A stretch of 63,998 nt of DNA, filler included, from Circinaria calcarea (lineage: Eukaryota): assembly GCA_051942165.1 (NCBI GenBank). It is 21 parts of 21 records of this genome, joined end to end, with 100 filler letters (N's around TTAATTAATTAA, not from the genome) between each part and the next. Parts side by side here need not be neighbours in the genome. Positions count along the whole stretch, not along the records: positions 48,935 to 51,878 come from JAVECS010003155.1; positions 51,979 to 54,921 come from JAVECS010003156.1; positions 55,022 to 57,963 come from JAVECS010003157.1; positions 58,064 to 61,005 come from JAVECS010003158.1; 17 more parts are not named here. The stretch is one strand, 5' to 3'. A model generated the notes under the pieces. The model had not been told where the DNA came from. It saw nothing but the letters and a program-made list of their open reading frames with translations, and searched no databases. Positions 48,835-61,105 of this stretch are shown piece after piece (position 1 is the first letter of the stretch; every line of letters starts with the position of its first letter). The position numbers and the translations under genes are program-made.

Positions 48835-49845
48835 NNNNNNNNNNNNNNNNNNNNNNNNNNNNNNNNNNNNNNNNNNNNTTAATTAATTAANNNNNNNNNN
48901 NNNNNNNNNNNNNNNNNNNNNNNNNNNNNNNNNNGGGGGAAACGGGGAAGGATGGAGATGAAGGTGAAGGTGAAAGTGAAAGGGCGTAGATAGGGCAGGG
49001 AGGGGAGGGGGATGATGTACGGTAACATTTGTACGTAAGTCGAAATGGGTATTTATCCTACCGGTTGTTGGGAAAAAACTCCAACTGAGATCGCTCGCTC
49101 GCTCGCTCGCTGCCAGCGGTTTGCAGCACCATTTGTTTCCCCCCCCCCCTCTCTCTCTGTAGGTAAATGGATCGACAGATAGATTAAAAATCGACAAGGT
49201 AGATAGGTAGCTAGCTCTCCCAGCCCCCAGGGCCGCAAAGTAGACAAACTGAACTAACTGCATTACCCATTACCCATTACCAATGACCTGTGAATCTGAA
49301 TCTGAATCCACTCACCGCTCTTGGTACTTCAACAGCCGGGGCCTACTGCAAAAAATGCGCCACGCCACGCCACGCCACGCAAAATGAAATAACATTTTTC
49401 AAATCTCAAAAATCAGAGTCGGACTTTTTTCCAAAATCTGTGCACTTTCTCTCTTTCCCCCGCCTATGAAAATCATGATAATCTTCCATGCTTTTCTGTT
49501 AGCCCAGAGGAGAACTCTCCACCCCGGTCTCCGGTGTCATACCGATTTAAACCCCAAGGCAAGATGTCATTTCAGATGGATTAAAAAGAATTACTGGTTT
49601 GGTAGAGCGGTCGAAAATATCAGAAAACCCTTAAAAAACCCCCCCAATACATCCAAATACCACCCACACCCCCTATTTTTTCCTGCCCTCTCCTTCCCGC
49701 AGAACTCGGAGAATTGTAATACGGAAACAAGTCTCGCAAGCCATCAACAGATCTCCCATCAACTTTTCCACAACATTACCACACCCAGACACCATCCTGC
49801 TCCCGTTTCCCGCTTTCCGCTTCTTTCCTAAGCCCCGTCACCAAT

Positions 49846-51060
49846 TTAATGCGCCCCAGCATTCTTCAGAGCTTGTATAAGAGCCGCAATCAACTCGTCA
49901 ATGGCCAACTGTGTGCCGCCGGTCGGAATAGCGGGCACTGCAGGGAGCCCTGAGGTGGGAAGTGCAGGAAGCCCCGAGGTGGGCAGTGCAGGAAGCCCCG
50001 AGGTGGGTAGTGTAGGAAGCCCCGAGATGGGAAGTGCAGGAAGCCCCGAAGTAGGAAGGGCAGGAAGCCCCGAAGTAGGAAGGGCAGGGAGCCCCGAAGT
50101 AGGAAGGGCAGGGAGCCCCGAAGTAGGAAGGGCAGGGAGCCCTGAAGTAGGAAGGGCGGGGAGCCCTGAAGTAGGAAGGGCGGGGGATGTCCCTATCTTG
50201 GTAGATGTTGGGATACCGCTGCCAGGGATACTGACCGACGGAAGACCAGGAACGACAGGAGCGCCACCAGGTGCAAGAACCCCAAGGATGGTGTTGATTA
50301 GAGTGCTAAGTTGCTGTAGAGTGGCGATGATAAGGTTGAGAGTGTCAACGCCGGGAATAGGAATGCCACCGGGAGGTAGAATGCCGTAGGTGGGCAAAGG
50401 AGGAATCGGACCGACACCGTTCGCTGGTAAGCTGGGGATTGGGATAACACCAGTCGTCGATAGACTAGCCGTCGGTAAACCAGCCGTCGGTAGACCAGGA
50501 GCCGGGATGACACCAGTCGACGGTAAGATTCCTGGAATGATAGGTCCTGGAGCAATAGGCCCTGGAACAGAACCCACCCCGGGAAGTGATGTACTCAAGG
50601 GATTAGGAACATTTGGTGCACTAAATATGAGAGTTATTAAAATTCCTTGATTACTCGAATTTACTTCGAGGGTAGGACACTCTTACCCTGGTAATATACC
50701 AGAGGGTAAATTTGGTGATAGAAGTGAAGTGGTCGGTAAAGGAAGGGCTGGAGGCGTAAGAGCAGGGGGGCTGATTCCAAGCGACGTGGTAGGCAAGGCG
50801 CTGATGACAGGTACGACCGGTAATTTAGATGTCGGTATTGCGGGGAGTGCGCTAGTACCAGGTGCTGGCAAAGCTCCTAACGATGGGGTTCCCGGTATAG
50901 CACTGACAACAGGTACAGGCGGGAGTCCTGCAGGTGGAATAGCTCCAGGTAATGGAAGAGCTCCCCCGGGTAGAGCTGGTAACTGTGGAGCAGGGGCTGT
51001 ACTGACTGGGATTGCCAACAGCGATGATAGAATAAGGACAGACAGCATGATTGTAGCCAT
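49846..51060 (-). CDS. Secreted Pro/Leu/Gly/Thr-rich repeat protein, haplotype B (intron 50621-50686)
   Basis: Near-identical to 22273-23472, but with about 3 GLPTA-type units, (ALPTSGLP)x10 and two in-frame insertions. Confidence 0.85.
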
Positions 51061-51538
51061 GCTGACAACTGAATTTTGTAAAGGAGTGAACGCGTTGGCA
51101 GCGGTCAAGATGGTATTCAAAGGATGGTCTGAAAATCAGAGGCTATCTGGGACAATTGCCGTCTTATGAATTCTCGTGAGATTATGTTTACTATATGGAA
51201 TGCTGGGGGATCCAGTTTCGGGACCGCGAAGGAATGCAAAACTCCTGCAAGGACCACGCTGAGGCGAATGGCACTGTATCATGTGAGCCGTATTTCCCTA
51301 TTTGAAAAGGCTCAGAACTGGCATACTAGCCCCCATGCATATGCCCTTCCTGTTGTGATCTGTATTGCATTTGACCCTTGCTCCCATCCTGACCAGTTGT
51401 AGATCGTGTTTTGCTGGATAGAATTCTCGTACAGAGAAGATTGTCTGCCCATTGTTATGGAGCTACTAAGCTTGCAAGGCGATTTGGTTGTAGATAAGCC
51501 AAATCACACTCGTATGTTGTCGAATCTGAGCATGCACT

Positions 51539-51877
51539 TTATGTAGCTCCACGGCCCCGATTAGCAAAGCCGAAACCTCCCCTGCCGCTTCGATCAGGCC
51601 CTTTTGGAGCCCTGATTAGCTGTTCTTCACTAGGTGTAGAACGCCCAGATCCCGAAGATTGAGCTTCGCGCTTCTGTATGTAAACAGACTCCGGCTTGAT
51701 GGTATAGTTTGGATCATAGAGCTGTCGAGATTTATTGTCTGCGGACAAAGGAAGACGGCTATCTCTGCTGCCCTTGCTTTTTCCCCGGCTCCTAGAGTCC
51801 CCTCCTGACCGGACAGGAGGAGTCACATTCCCGGGAGAAGTGGGTGCGCTTGCTACATCTGCATTACCGAATAATCG
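51539..51877 (-). CDS. SUZ-C protein C-terminal fragment, haplotype B
   Basis: Reverse-complement copy of 21454-21792 with one amino-acid change (GPDGSG to GPDRSG). Confidence 0.65.
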   Translation of the reverse strand, partial: RLFGNADVASAPTSPGNVTPPVRSGGDSRSRGKSKGSRDSRLPLSADNKSRQLYDPNYTIKPESVYIQKREAQSSGSGRSTPSEEQLIRAPKGPDRSGRGGFGFANRGRGAT

Positions 51878-52475
51878 TNNNNNNNNNNNNNNNNNNNNNN
51901 NNNNNNNNNNNNNNNNNNNNNNTTAATTAATTAANNNNNNNNNNNNNNNNNNNNNNNNNNNNNNNNNNNNNNNNNNNNCCCCCCCCCCCCAAACGAGCAT
52001 TTTCTAGGGGGGGTTACAAGGGGTAAGACCAGGGCGTGCAGCAAGTTAAGATCTGCTGCATAGGTCGCGTGGAAACCAAGCAGGGTCCTCTGGGTACCTA
52101 CATTCAGCCTCGCCTCGGCAAAGCGAGCTGGGTCAGCTCCTTTTGAGACTGATAAAGCACTAGACGCACTATCGATTTCGGAGTAGCCTACAGCCCACCG
52201 GGCACAACAAGAGAAGGAGAAGGATCTGGCTCCAGCGTCACCCAGCCGCGGCACAGCCACGAGAAGTATGGGCATGGCTTCATCGTAAGATTGGGGGGGC
52301 GCTGTAAGCAGCAGAGTGAGGAATGGCTTCCCTTGCGGCGTCGAGAGCGCAAGAGAGCAATATAAAAGGGAGTGATCATCCTTTTGCTAAAAAAGATTCA
52401 TCAAATATTGGTTTGACAAGTCTAAATTGATCATTCTCCTGTAGCCTGGCTCATTTCAGTTTCCAACCACAGACA

Positions 52476-54375
52476 ATGACCCGCCTCGCACTTCTTCAAG
52501 CCTTGCCGGCGTTCCTGGCCGCCATTCAGACCGTGTCGAGCACACCGTTGAACTTTGGAGGCCTTCATCCGCGGAATGAGCCCCAACCTAATCACACGGT
52601 TTGGCCCACAGACGTGGCTAGTCTAGCCCATGACCAAACCTGGCCCAACTTCGCGGACAAAACGTTGCGGTGGTCCTCGTACCTACCCCCGAGTTTTGAC
52701 GAAGTATTCCTTCCGAAAACTGAGAAAGATCTTTCCCTTGGCGTGAGTACATTGTTCTTTGCGTCCAATACTTCCATATCAGGGAGAGATGTAGACTGAA
52801 AGTACGCGGTGTGTAGCTTCAATACATGTCAAGCAATCACTTGCCCTGGCTGGCCAAATCGGGAGGCCACGGATATTCTCCAACCCTCCACTCGATCCAA
52901 AATGCCGTCTTGATAAACTTGGAGAACTTCAACTACGTCAGGGTGGAAGGCGATGGCAGAGCTGTCGTAGGTACCGGCACGCTTTTCGGAGACCTCATCG
53001 ACACTGTAGGCGCTGCGGGCAGAGAGCTGAGTAAATCATTCCAGCCGCGAATATCTTGCGCTCATTCTAACCTTCACACAGCCGTGGGAGCATGCCACTG
53101 CGTGGTCAGTGATAATTCCGTTGTTATTTTACTCTTTTAGGCTGTTTTTAAGTTGCGAGACATTCTCTAATCCTGGAACTGGTCTTAAATCTCAAGTGAT
53201 ACCCATTCATGGCAATCGCTAACACGCATTTATCACAGGGTTCAACTGGCGCCATGCTCGGTGGTGGTCTCGGGCGTCTTCAGGGTCTACATGGCCTGAC
53301 GAGCGACGCTCTTCGTAAAGTGCGCATGGCCTTGTGGAATGGCACCATTATTGAAGCTTCCGATGAAGTCAACCAAGACCTGTTCTGGGGCATAAGGGGC
53401 TCAGGCCAGAACTACGGCATCGTTATAGAATCCACATACGAGACTTGGCCCGCGACCAATGGAGGCATGTACTACAACGCAGACATGATTTTTACCAAAG
53501 ACTCCGTGGAACGGATCGTGGAAATCATTAATAACCTGACGACTCCCGCATTAGATGCTAAATTGGCCTTCATTATATTTTTCGCATCGGATGCCGCAAC
53601 GTCCAAGGTATGTGAAGTGTCCCTGGCCGCGTGTCATTCCATCTCCATGGTTGTTACTACAGTTCACCGCTGACCTATCAAGCTTACTGTCGTTGTTAAT
53701 CTCGTATATGCTGGTTCAAAGGAGGAGGGTCAGAATTATACTCAACTATTCTCATCTTTCAGCCTGAGTCTCGCAGAGAGCATGCTTTCGTGGGCAGAAC
53801 TACCCACGAAATCAGTTCTTGGTCTCATCCCTGCATCTTGCGCCAAGGGACCACGATATAATCTCTACAGCGTGATCACCAGGACTTTGGACCCGAAAAG
53901 TTTCGTCAAGTTCAGCAACGATTTCGAGAAGTTTTTGCAAGACTACCCCCTGGCCAACGGATCCGCCATGATGCTCGAGACGTTCCCCGTCCAGGGCGTC
54001 GAGGCGCTTCCAGACGACTATTCCGCCTTTCCCCACCGCAAGCATTTTCACAATCAAATAGAATCCATTGGGTCGTACACGGATGATTCTGTGGCAGACG
54101 CTGTGGACAACTTTTTCCGTGAGTGGCGCGACAAATTCGCTAAACCCACCATTTCCGGCTACAACGAGCTCCACGTCTACCAGAACTACGCTCACGATGA
54201 CGAGCCTTTGTTGGCCCTTTACGGATATCAGGAGTGGCGCCACGAGCGTCTGACAAATCTGAAGAACACCTATGATCCTCACGGTTTCTTCGATGGGTAC
54301 CACCCTGTGCCTTCCGATATCGCAAAGTGGGGAGAACGACAAGATACCAAGAAGAATGGAGAGAAACATATATAA
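52476..54375 (+). CDS. Secreted FAD-linked oxidoreductase (berberine-bridge-enzyme/VAO family), multi-exon
   Basis: Signal peptide, KSGGHGYS (FAD-linking His), GACHCVGSTGAMLGGGLGRLQGLHGL, DLFWGIRGSGQNYGIV, YQNYAH, RLTNLKNTYDPHGFF. Confidence 0.93.
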
Positions 54376-55178
54376 ACAAAAGAACTGGGGGAGGTATCTC
54401 ACAATGAAATTTTTTTCTCGTATAGGTTCTATTTCTCGGTCTAGACTGCCGCGGTTTCTCGGGACGTTGGGGAGGAGGTGTAAGGGTACCATTATTTTAA
54501 TTATACCGATATTAATACCTTTTTCTTTTCTTTTATCCTTTAAAGCTATTAGCTGTTGTGGTGGAGCCAAGGCGACTAATGGCTGGGCGCGCATATGGAA
54601 TGGGCAGACAGGCATGGAGGACTCGGAATCGGGGGGCAGATACACACTCTTTACACACGCATAGCATAGCAGAATAATAGTCAGAAACGCAGTACTAATA
54701 CCCTCCGACATCCTTTCTATATGTGCACTATACTGTAGCAGTCAGTTCATGCCATATATCCTCCTTATTCGTCACTATTCAGGCCCCTTCCACCTATTCT
54801 CGTCAGCGTCTTTGCCTATACCTTAGGAGCATAGCGGAACACTCTATATCCTTCACAGTGTGGTCGTTTTTTTATTTACACTAATTAAATTCTTATAGCT
54901 AATACTTTTTTGGTATTATATNNNNNNNNNNNNNNNNNNNNNNNNNNNNNNNNNNNNNNNNNNNNTTAATTAATTAANNNNNNNNNNNNNNNNNNNNNNN
55001 NNNNNNNNNNNNNNNNNNNNNGCTCGCAGCATAGCATAGCTCGCAGTATAGCATGGAAAGAGCACGTAGTATGGCATAGCACGCAGCATAACATAGTATA
55101 ATGAGAAACATAAAATAGCATAAGCTCAGCATTAAAATTAGTACGCTACGCTGAATGTAGTAAATTTTTTTCCTATTC

Positions 55179-55332
55179 GAGCGAAAAACTAGGCCTGTTT
55201 GAGCGAAAATCTAGGCTCAATTAAGCGAAAAACTAGGCTCAATTGAGCGAAAAACTAGGCTCAGTTGAGCGAAAAACTAAACTCGATTAAGTGAAAAATT
55301 TGGCCCGATCGAGCGATAAGCTAAACCTAATA
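55179..55332. repeat. Minisatellite: 7 x 22-bp unit GAGCGAAAAACTAGGCTCAATT
   Basis: Units start at 55179, 55201, 55223, 55245, 55267, 55289 and 55311. Variants are mostly transitions. Confidence 0.85.
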
Positions 55333-56228
55333 AGGTAATTTTTACGGCCAGAGTGAGAACACCGCAAAATTTTGGTTCGGTTCGGAAAATCTTGCGCCGA
55401 AGTTAAACCCTTCCACTCATTCTTCGTTTCAGGGCAATGATGGGAGCTTTCGGTAACTGCATACTACTCGGAGCGCGCAGTCCCCATTCTGCGCAAGCCT
55501 GCCGCTCCTCTGCAAAAACCTGTTCTGGCCGTCCTGTCCTTGTAAGAGTCACGATGGCCATCCTCGGCTGCATTCAACTCGTCAACCCCGTAAATTGTCC
55601 GATATACGGATACAATAACATTTCTGGAAAGACACACTTTGAGTGAGAGAACTCTGTCGGCCTTCCGGACTTTCCAGCTGTCGCAATGAGCCTGCGTTCA
55701 ACCCCGTCCAAAGAGGACTACGCGCTATGCTAGCCTTTCTCTCCCCACCTTACATTTCTTAAGGCGCTTTCTCCTAAATGGCTTAAAAAATCACACTCTT
55801 CAGGCTAGAGCTTCGATGAATGTGCAAGCTACTGATGGGATTAGGTTATTATTTGCCATCCATAACGATGAAAGGAATCTCGACTGACTGCGCAGATGGG
55901 AAGCCCACACGATTGCAGAACGCGTTCGCTCTACCTACCTGCCTGCGACTGAGCCTGCGGGCCAGGCCCGTGGACCTCATCGACGCCCTCTTCGCGCGCT
56001 ACCGCCGACCCTCGCTCTACACGAAGGCTTCTTCAACGATGAACCCCTACGACTTCCAATCTTGTTACCAAGGGGAATCCGCTTCATCATCGCCGCCGAC
56101 ACAAACCACTTCGTTGGACTTGTAGATAACACTACCGTTCTGGAGTTCCCCGTCGCGCCCCAAGAAGCGGACGGCTTATACCCACCTGATGCTCAGAGGT
56201 TTCGGCGCAGTGTCAAAGAAGTGGCCGT

Positions 56229-56523
56229 GCCTTGAGGAAGCATGAGCAAGACGTGCTGAGAAGGAGGGTAAGCAAACAAAACACAAGGGAAAGCATGGCG
56301 GGTGAGCGAAGCATCAGTGTCAGCTATTGTTCCAGGCGTATCGGGGTGCAATACAGGTGGTCCTGCCCCAGTTGCATGGATGAGCAAAGCGCAAGGTCCA
56401 GCCCCAGTGGCGCCGAGGAGCGAAGCGCAACAGATGTCTGAGGCCTTGGTGGTATGGATGAGTCGAGCGCAGCTTGGAGCAAATGAGATTACGGCGCAAG
56501 GGACGGAGCTTGGATCGATTTGA
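56229..56523 (+). mobile_element. Degenerate remnant resembling the C-terminal tail of a Fot1/pogo-type transposase
   Basis: LEEA*ARRAEKEGKQTKHKGKHG followed, frameshifted, by PVAWMSKA/PVAPRSEA/VVWMSRA repeats. This resembles the LEEARAKRAEKE..KGKRGRKRK..PVARMSE tail, recalled from memory. Confidence 0.45.
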
Positions 56524-56742
56524 CGTAGGCTTGCGCAGGCCGCAGCCTGTTGCTGTACAATAATCAAACTATTGTCTCGGCCACGATATTGGTATACTGC
56601 TCATGTACACCGGCGAGTAGAGACTGAGACCCCACATCAATATCCCGTCTGCTGCACCAGTCTCACTTCGAGGTATGCGGGGCCCTCGAGACCGGGAGCA
56701 CCGTGACCGTCGTCAGGTCGTACCGGCTACTCGAGGTGCTGG

Positions 56743-57426
56743 CTAACTATCTTCTAAAAATGCGTTGACGCAGAGATCGTGGTTGAAAACGACTTCTTTT
56801 CGCACGATACACCACTTGAGTTGGTCCTCCTTTCTCCATCCACCATATCCAGAGATTCCGTCGTCCCTTGCCCGGCCAATGCAGCTCCTACAGTATTCTT
56901 CACTACTCTTACCATGCTTTGCGTCGGGGCAATAAAATGAGTTCCTCTGTTGTGTTATGGGAACTATCGTGATCTCCATGTTGCTGCTTGTTGTAATCTC
57001 AATAAAGCGATCCTCGACCATAAACGTGCGACCGTCGGTGTCATTCGTAGTGTGTTTTCGGTAAGATCCTCGATCTTGAGTCTCGGTGGCGATATAATGG
57101 ACTTTGACAGCGTCTAGGTATTTTCGCTCGCGTAACCACTTTTGTAGCCTATCAATGGCGAAATACATCGATTCATCCAGTAGGGCTTGGTACAGTGGGA
57201 AGTCGTGACCTGTTACCTTATCGTAGAAGACTGGAAGAACTCCGGTACGGAGATACCGAAGGATATGTTCGAAGATGTGGGCGTCAGTGTCAATGAAGTA
57301 TGAGCCATCTTCCTGTTTGTCGCCCCATTTCCCGGAGAACAGATTCTTGAAATATAAACTCTGACCCAGCCATCGTTCAGGGTCAGTCACAAAGGAACGT
57401 TGCGATGTTTTGATCGTGGTGTACAT
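56743..57426 (-). CDS. BTB/POZ (KCTD/T1-like) domain protein
   Basis: SLYFKNLFSGKW...DGSYFIDTDAHIFEHILRYLRTGVLPVFYD...LLDESMYFAIDRLQKWL. Confidence 0.88.
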   Translation of the reverse strand: MYTTIKTSQRSFVTDPERWLGQSLYFKNLFSGKWGDKQEDGSYFIDTDAHIFEHILRYLRTGVLPVFYDKVTGHDFPLYQALLDESMYFAIDRLQKWLRERKYLDAVKVHYIATETQDRGSYRKHTTNDTDGRTFMVEDRFIEITTSSNMEITIVPITQQRNSFYCPDAKHGKSSEEYCRSCIGRARDDGISGYGGWRKEDQLKWCIVRKEVVFNHDLCVNAFLEDS

Positions 57427-58063
57427 GGCCGCGTCAATGCGTCACGGAAACGCAATTGAATTGCGGGCAAGGACCGTTGCCACTAAGGAAAATCAATAAG
57501 CCTATATTAGAATTATCAGTTCAAAGTTAGATACCCACATTGATAACGAAGACCGTTCCTAGAGAAATTTGGCGAGCTTGTGCTATTTGAAGAGTATTGT
57601 AGCTCCAGAAACATGAAATAATATAATCGATGGAGGTACGGATTTCGGTATGGGTTGAGAAACGGTTGCGCGGTTGAAGAGCCAGCGCTGCCAAGATTTG
57701 TCTGGGCTGTTGGCCTGGAACATCTACCCACCTACTCCTTCACATTATAGTATCACCACCATACTGTGCTGCTCGACTACCTGCTCGCCCGCCTCCTCGC
57801 CCGCCTCCTTGCCTGCCTGTCCGACTACCTCCTCGCCCGTTTTCTCTATCGCTTGCGCTGCCCGTCTTCGATCTACCCTATCAGCGAAGAGCTTCTTAAA
57901 TACGGCGAATAACATAAAAGAAATATAATCTTGAGTTATTCGGCAGTCAAGCGATATCTGTTCNNNNNNNNNNNNNNNNNNNNNNNNNNNNNNNNNNNNN
58001 NNNNNNNTTAATTAATTAANNNNNNNNNNNNNNNNNNNNNNNNNNNNNNNNNNNNNNNNNNNN

Positions 58064-58708
58064 AAAGTGGTGGACCTTCCAACCCGCCCTGACCCTTTTT
58101 GGAATCCGTGAGACAGCACAGCTTCCGCAGACTGAAGAGGTATACGAGGGAAAAGCCTCAGCAGTGCATACCGAGCTTTGTCAATGTCTTTACGGTCCTT
58201 GACCTGGACGGCGTCACGTCGACCGGGAGCTGAAGCGAGTGCATCAGCATTGACTTCTTCGAAGACCTCTCTAGGGCACCGCAAGCCAAGTCGTATGTTT
58301 GTCTTAGGGTCCTAGAAAACGTGAATCCAAAGATCATCACGGCCAGCCAAGAAGCTCGGCTACATACAAACACAACGTAGAGGGTCTTGGCAATTTTATG
58401 AGTGAGTGCTCGACTAATGAGAGTCAGTCTTGGTTCTGATAGGTGAAATGGCCAAAGAAACTGAAGGAGGGGCCACCAATTAACCAACTAACCAGTGGCG
58501 AGTTACGTAGACATCTCCTATATGCTATCAGCTCAGTGCAACAACTGCACGGTGACAAAAGTTGACGTACCTTTGGGTACAAATACGTACCCTCTACGTA
58601 GGGCCGATTCACTACTCACCGACTGATAATGGATAGTAAAGGTGAGCCTTGTACTATCTGAATATCACTCGATGTATCAGGGAGACGTACCTCTTCGAGA
58701 TCAGACAT
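58064..58708 (-). CDS. DUF2293-like domain protein (3' truncated, multi-exon)
   Basis: GYVFVPKG/DVYVTRHC exons and LLRLFPRIPLQSAEAVLSHGFQKGSGRVGRS. Confidence 0.75.
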
Positions 58709-59338
58709 GGACAACTCCGCGACTCCTCTCACCTTTGCAACAGTCGCGGTCGGTGTGACTTTGGTAGCCTGGAGGTATGTGTTGGGCCCAGTCTGATTCA
58801 ATGCGTATCGCGTGAGGCGATGTAAGATTGTGTTGGTAGGTGGATGATAATTTATTCAGGATTTGAACGCGCTTCGCGCTTCGCGCTTGCCGTCCAACTG
58901 TCAACGGTACTTCGAAGCACGGAAGCTGGATTTGACCCTGCGCCTAGCTTCCACAGCAGGAACATACCTGGTACGGTAAGGCTGAAACCGTGTGCCGGAG
59001 CAGGGATGATGACGATGATGATGAATTCAGGGTCTTCGAGGCAAATGAGGTTTATGTTTTAGTAAGCCCCTTCTCCTCGGGCTTGAATCCTCAGAGATGC
59101 AGCATCCATACTACCTGAATTGGCTTAGCTGTCGATGAAAGAACTGAAAGAGCTCTACGCGTGTCTCAATGTGCAGCACTCTACCCAGCAGGCTAATCCT
59201 CTCCGGAGCTTCACGTCCACGAAAGGATACAACCGTTTCATGGATCCCACCAGCATAGCCATTGCTTATTCATTGCGATGCGTTGCAGGAGAAACGTAGG
59301 AGGATAAACCGAGTGAGCAGGGGACCTACACGCTTCCA

Positions 59339-61005
59339 ATGGCAACGTCTTTGAGAGGTCAACCAGGTATAACTATAGCAGATCGTATACGGGAGCGGGA
59401 ACTGCTGCGTTATTACCAACCCAGGGACGACCGGAACCTCCTCGCACGTCGTCAGGGCAAGATAGATGTACATAACACTTCCGATAACAAAGCCACATCT
59501 CCCGATATAGCATTGACGGCACTAGCTCAGCTGGTTGCCATTCGTTTGAATGTACGCTCGGTTCTAATCAAGTACGGTGTCCGACCATCTCCTTCAGTGG
59601 CATAATTGACTCTCACTCAGCGTCATCACTAAAGATACACAGTATACAATATCGGAGGGAACGAAGAGCCTTGATCTGGCAAATACGCGTGAATCGGAAG
59701 CAAAAGGGGATGATCTTTGGATTGGATGTGACAGCTTGGCTAAGAAAGAGACGGTTTGCCAGGTTGGCTACCACTAACGAAGCATAAGTTTTCATGCTGA
59801 TGGAGGACAGCAAACCATTAAGCTACATGGATCCCACGACGGCCCAAATGAGTTCTTCATTGTTCCAGATTTGAGCAAGGATGAGCGTTTTAGCAGTATT
59901 TTCTACGTGGCAGGACCTCCGTACTGGAGGTTCTACGTCGGAACACCACTCACTACGAGTCGCGGTATTAATATTGGCGCTCTCTGCCTCCTTGATGACA
60001 AGCCCCGGGTCTCTATCACAGCGGACGACCAGACCTTTTGTGCAACGATCGCCCAAACCATAATGAGACATTTGGAAATGAGTAGGGAGGTAGAGGAAGG
60101 GAAGAAAAGAATACGCATGTCAACGGGTTTAAACGCTTTTATCCAGGGGAAGAGCTGGCTCGCCAAGGAGGGTCATCCCCACGATACTTCAAATTTCGAG
60201 TCCGAATTACACCTTCATCGTGAAGATTCAATTCAGTCTACCGATGAATTGAGTGAGTCTTACCTCAGCAGCGGTCAAAAATCGCCTGTTGATGGCAGCC
60301 ATAGGACGATTACCAGCGTTGGACATCAAGTTGAATCGAGTAGTTCTATCAGCGGAGGTAGTGAGCCTGTAGCCACAAACTCTCAAGGAAGGCACCCATC
60401 ACAGGGGCTTTCGGGGCACGACTCTATTCCAGAGCAAACAGGATTTCTCCAGGATGGTTCCAAAGCTGGGCAACACTATAAAGACTCTCGAGGATACGAA
60501 TGGACATTCGCAAGGGCTGCCAATTTACTTCGAGAATCTCTGGATCTACACGGAGATGGAGGTATTGTTTTCTTTGATACAGCTGTTGGCTTTAGTTACG
60601 ACAGCGATATTGACTCAGCTAGTCCTACCGGCGCAGAAGACTATAATGCCGACGGAGAAGAAACCGTCACAGCGACCATACCCCAGAAAGGGTCTTCACC
60701 TCAGCAGCAAACGTTTGGGCAAATAAAGCTTAGCTCAGCGGTCACCAATTCCAACTTTCAAAGTACCCTAGGATCACCGCGAGGCCAGAAGAGAGCAGAT
60801 GTGCTTGGATACTCAACCTCTGATAGCCCACTAGATCCTAAAATAACCAGAAGTCAGATCGATGCCTTCCAGCCTTTAACTGAGAAATTCCTTCAAAAGA
60901 TCCTGAAGCATTATCCTCGGGGCGGTATGTGGAGTTTCGACGATGATGGTACTCTGTCAACGTCCGAAGAGGAGCTGACAACCGCTGATGATCACCGCAT
61001 ATCTC
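59339..61005 (+). CDS. GAF-domain hybrid sensor histidine kinase, N-terminal part
   Basis: RERELLRYYQP, SPDIALTALAQLVAIRL, VPDLSKDERF...VAGPPYWRFYVGTPLTTSRGINIGALCLLDDKPR, TFARAANLLRESL. The kinase domain lies beyond the contig end, so that part is inferred. Confidence 0.8.
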
Positions 61006-61105
61006 NNNNNNNNNNNNNNNNNNNNNNNNNNNNNNNNNNNNNNNNNNNNTTAATTAATTAANNNNNNNNNNNNNNNNNNNNNNNNNNNNNNNNNNNNNNN
61101 NNNNN

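Noticed and set aside
53812..54711. 299-aa minus-strand ORF
   Set aside because: Antisense to the FAD oxidase last exon and running into noisy 3' sequence. No recognisable motifs.
2970..61105. Regularly spaced TTAATTAATTAA motif suggesting a repeat array, and apparent gene clusters across it
   Set aside because: Artificial linker embedded in N runs. Neighbouring contigs are unrelated, so the KEP, BBE oxidase, methyltransferase and amidinotransferase cannot be called one cluster.
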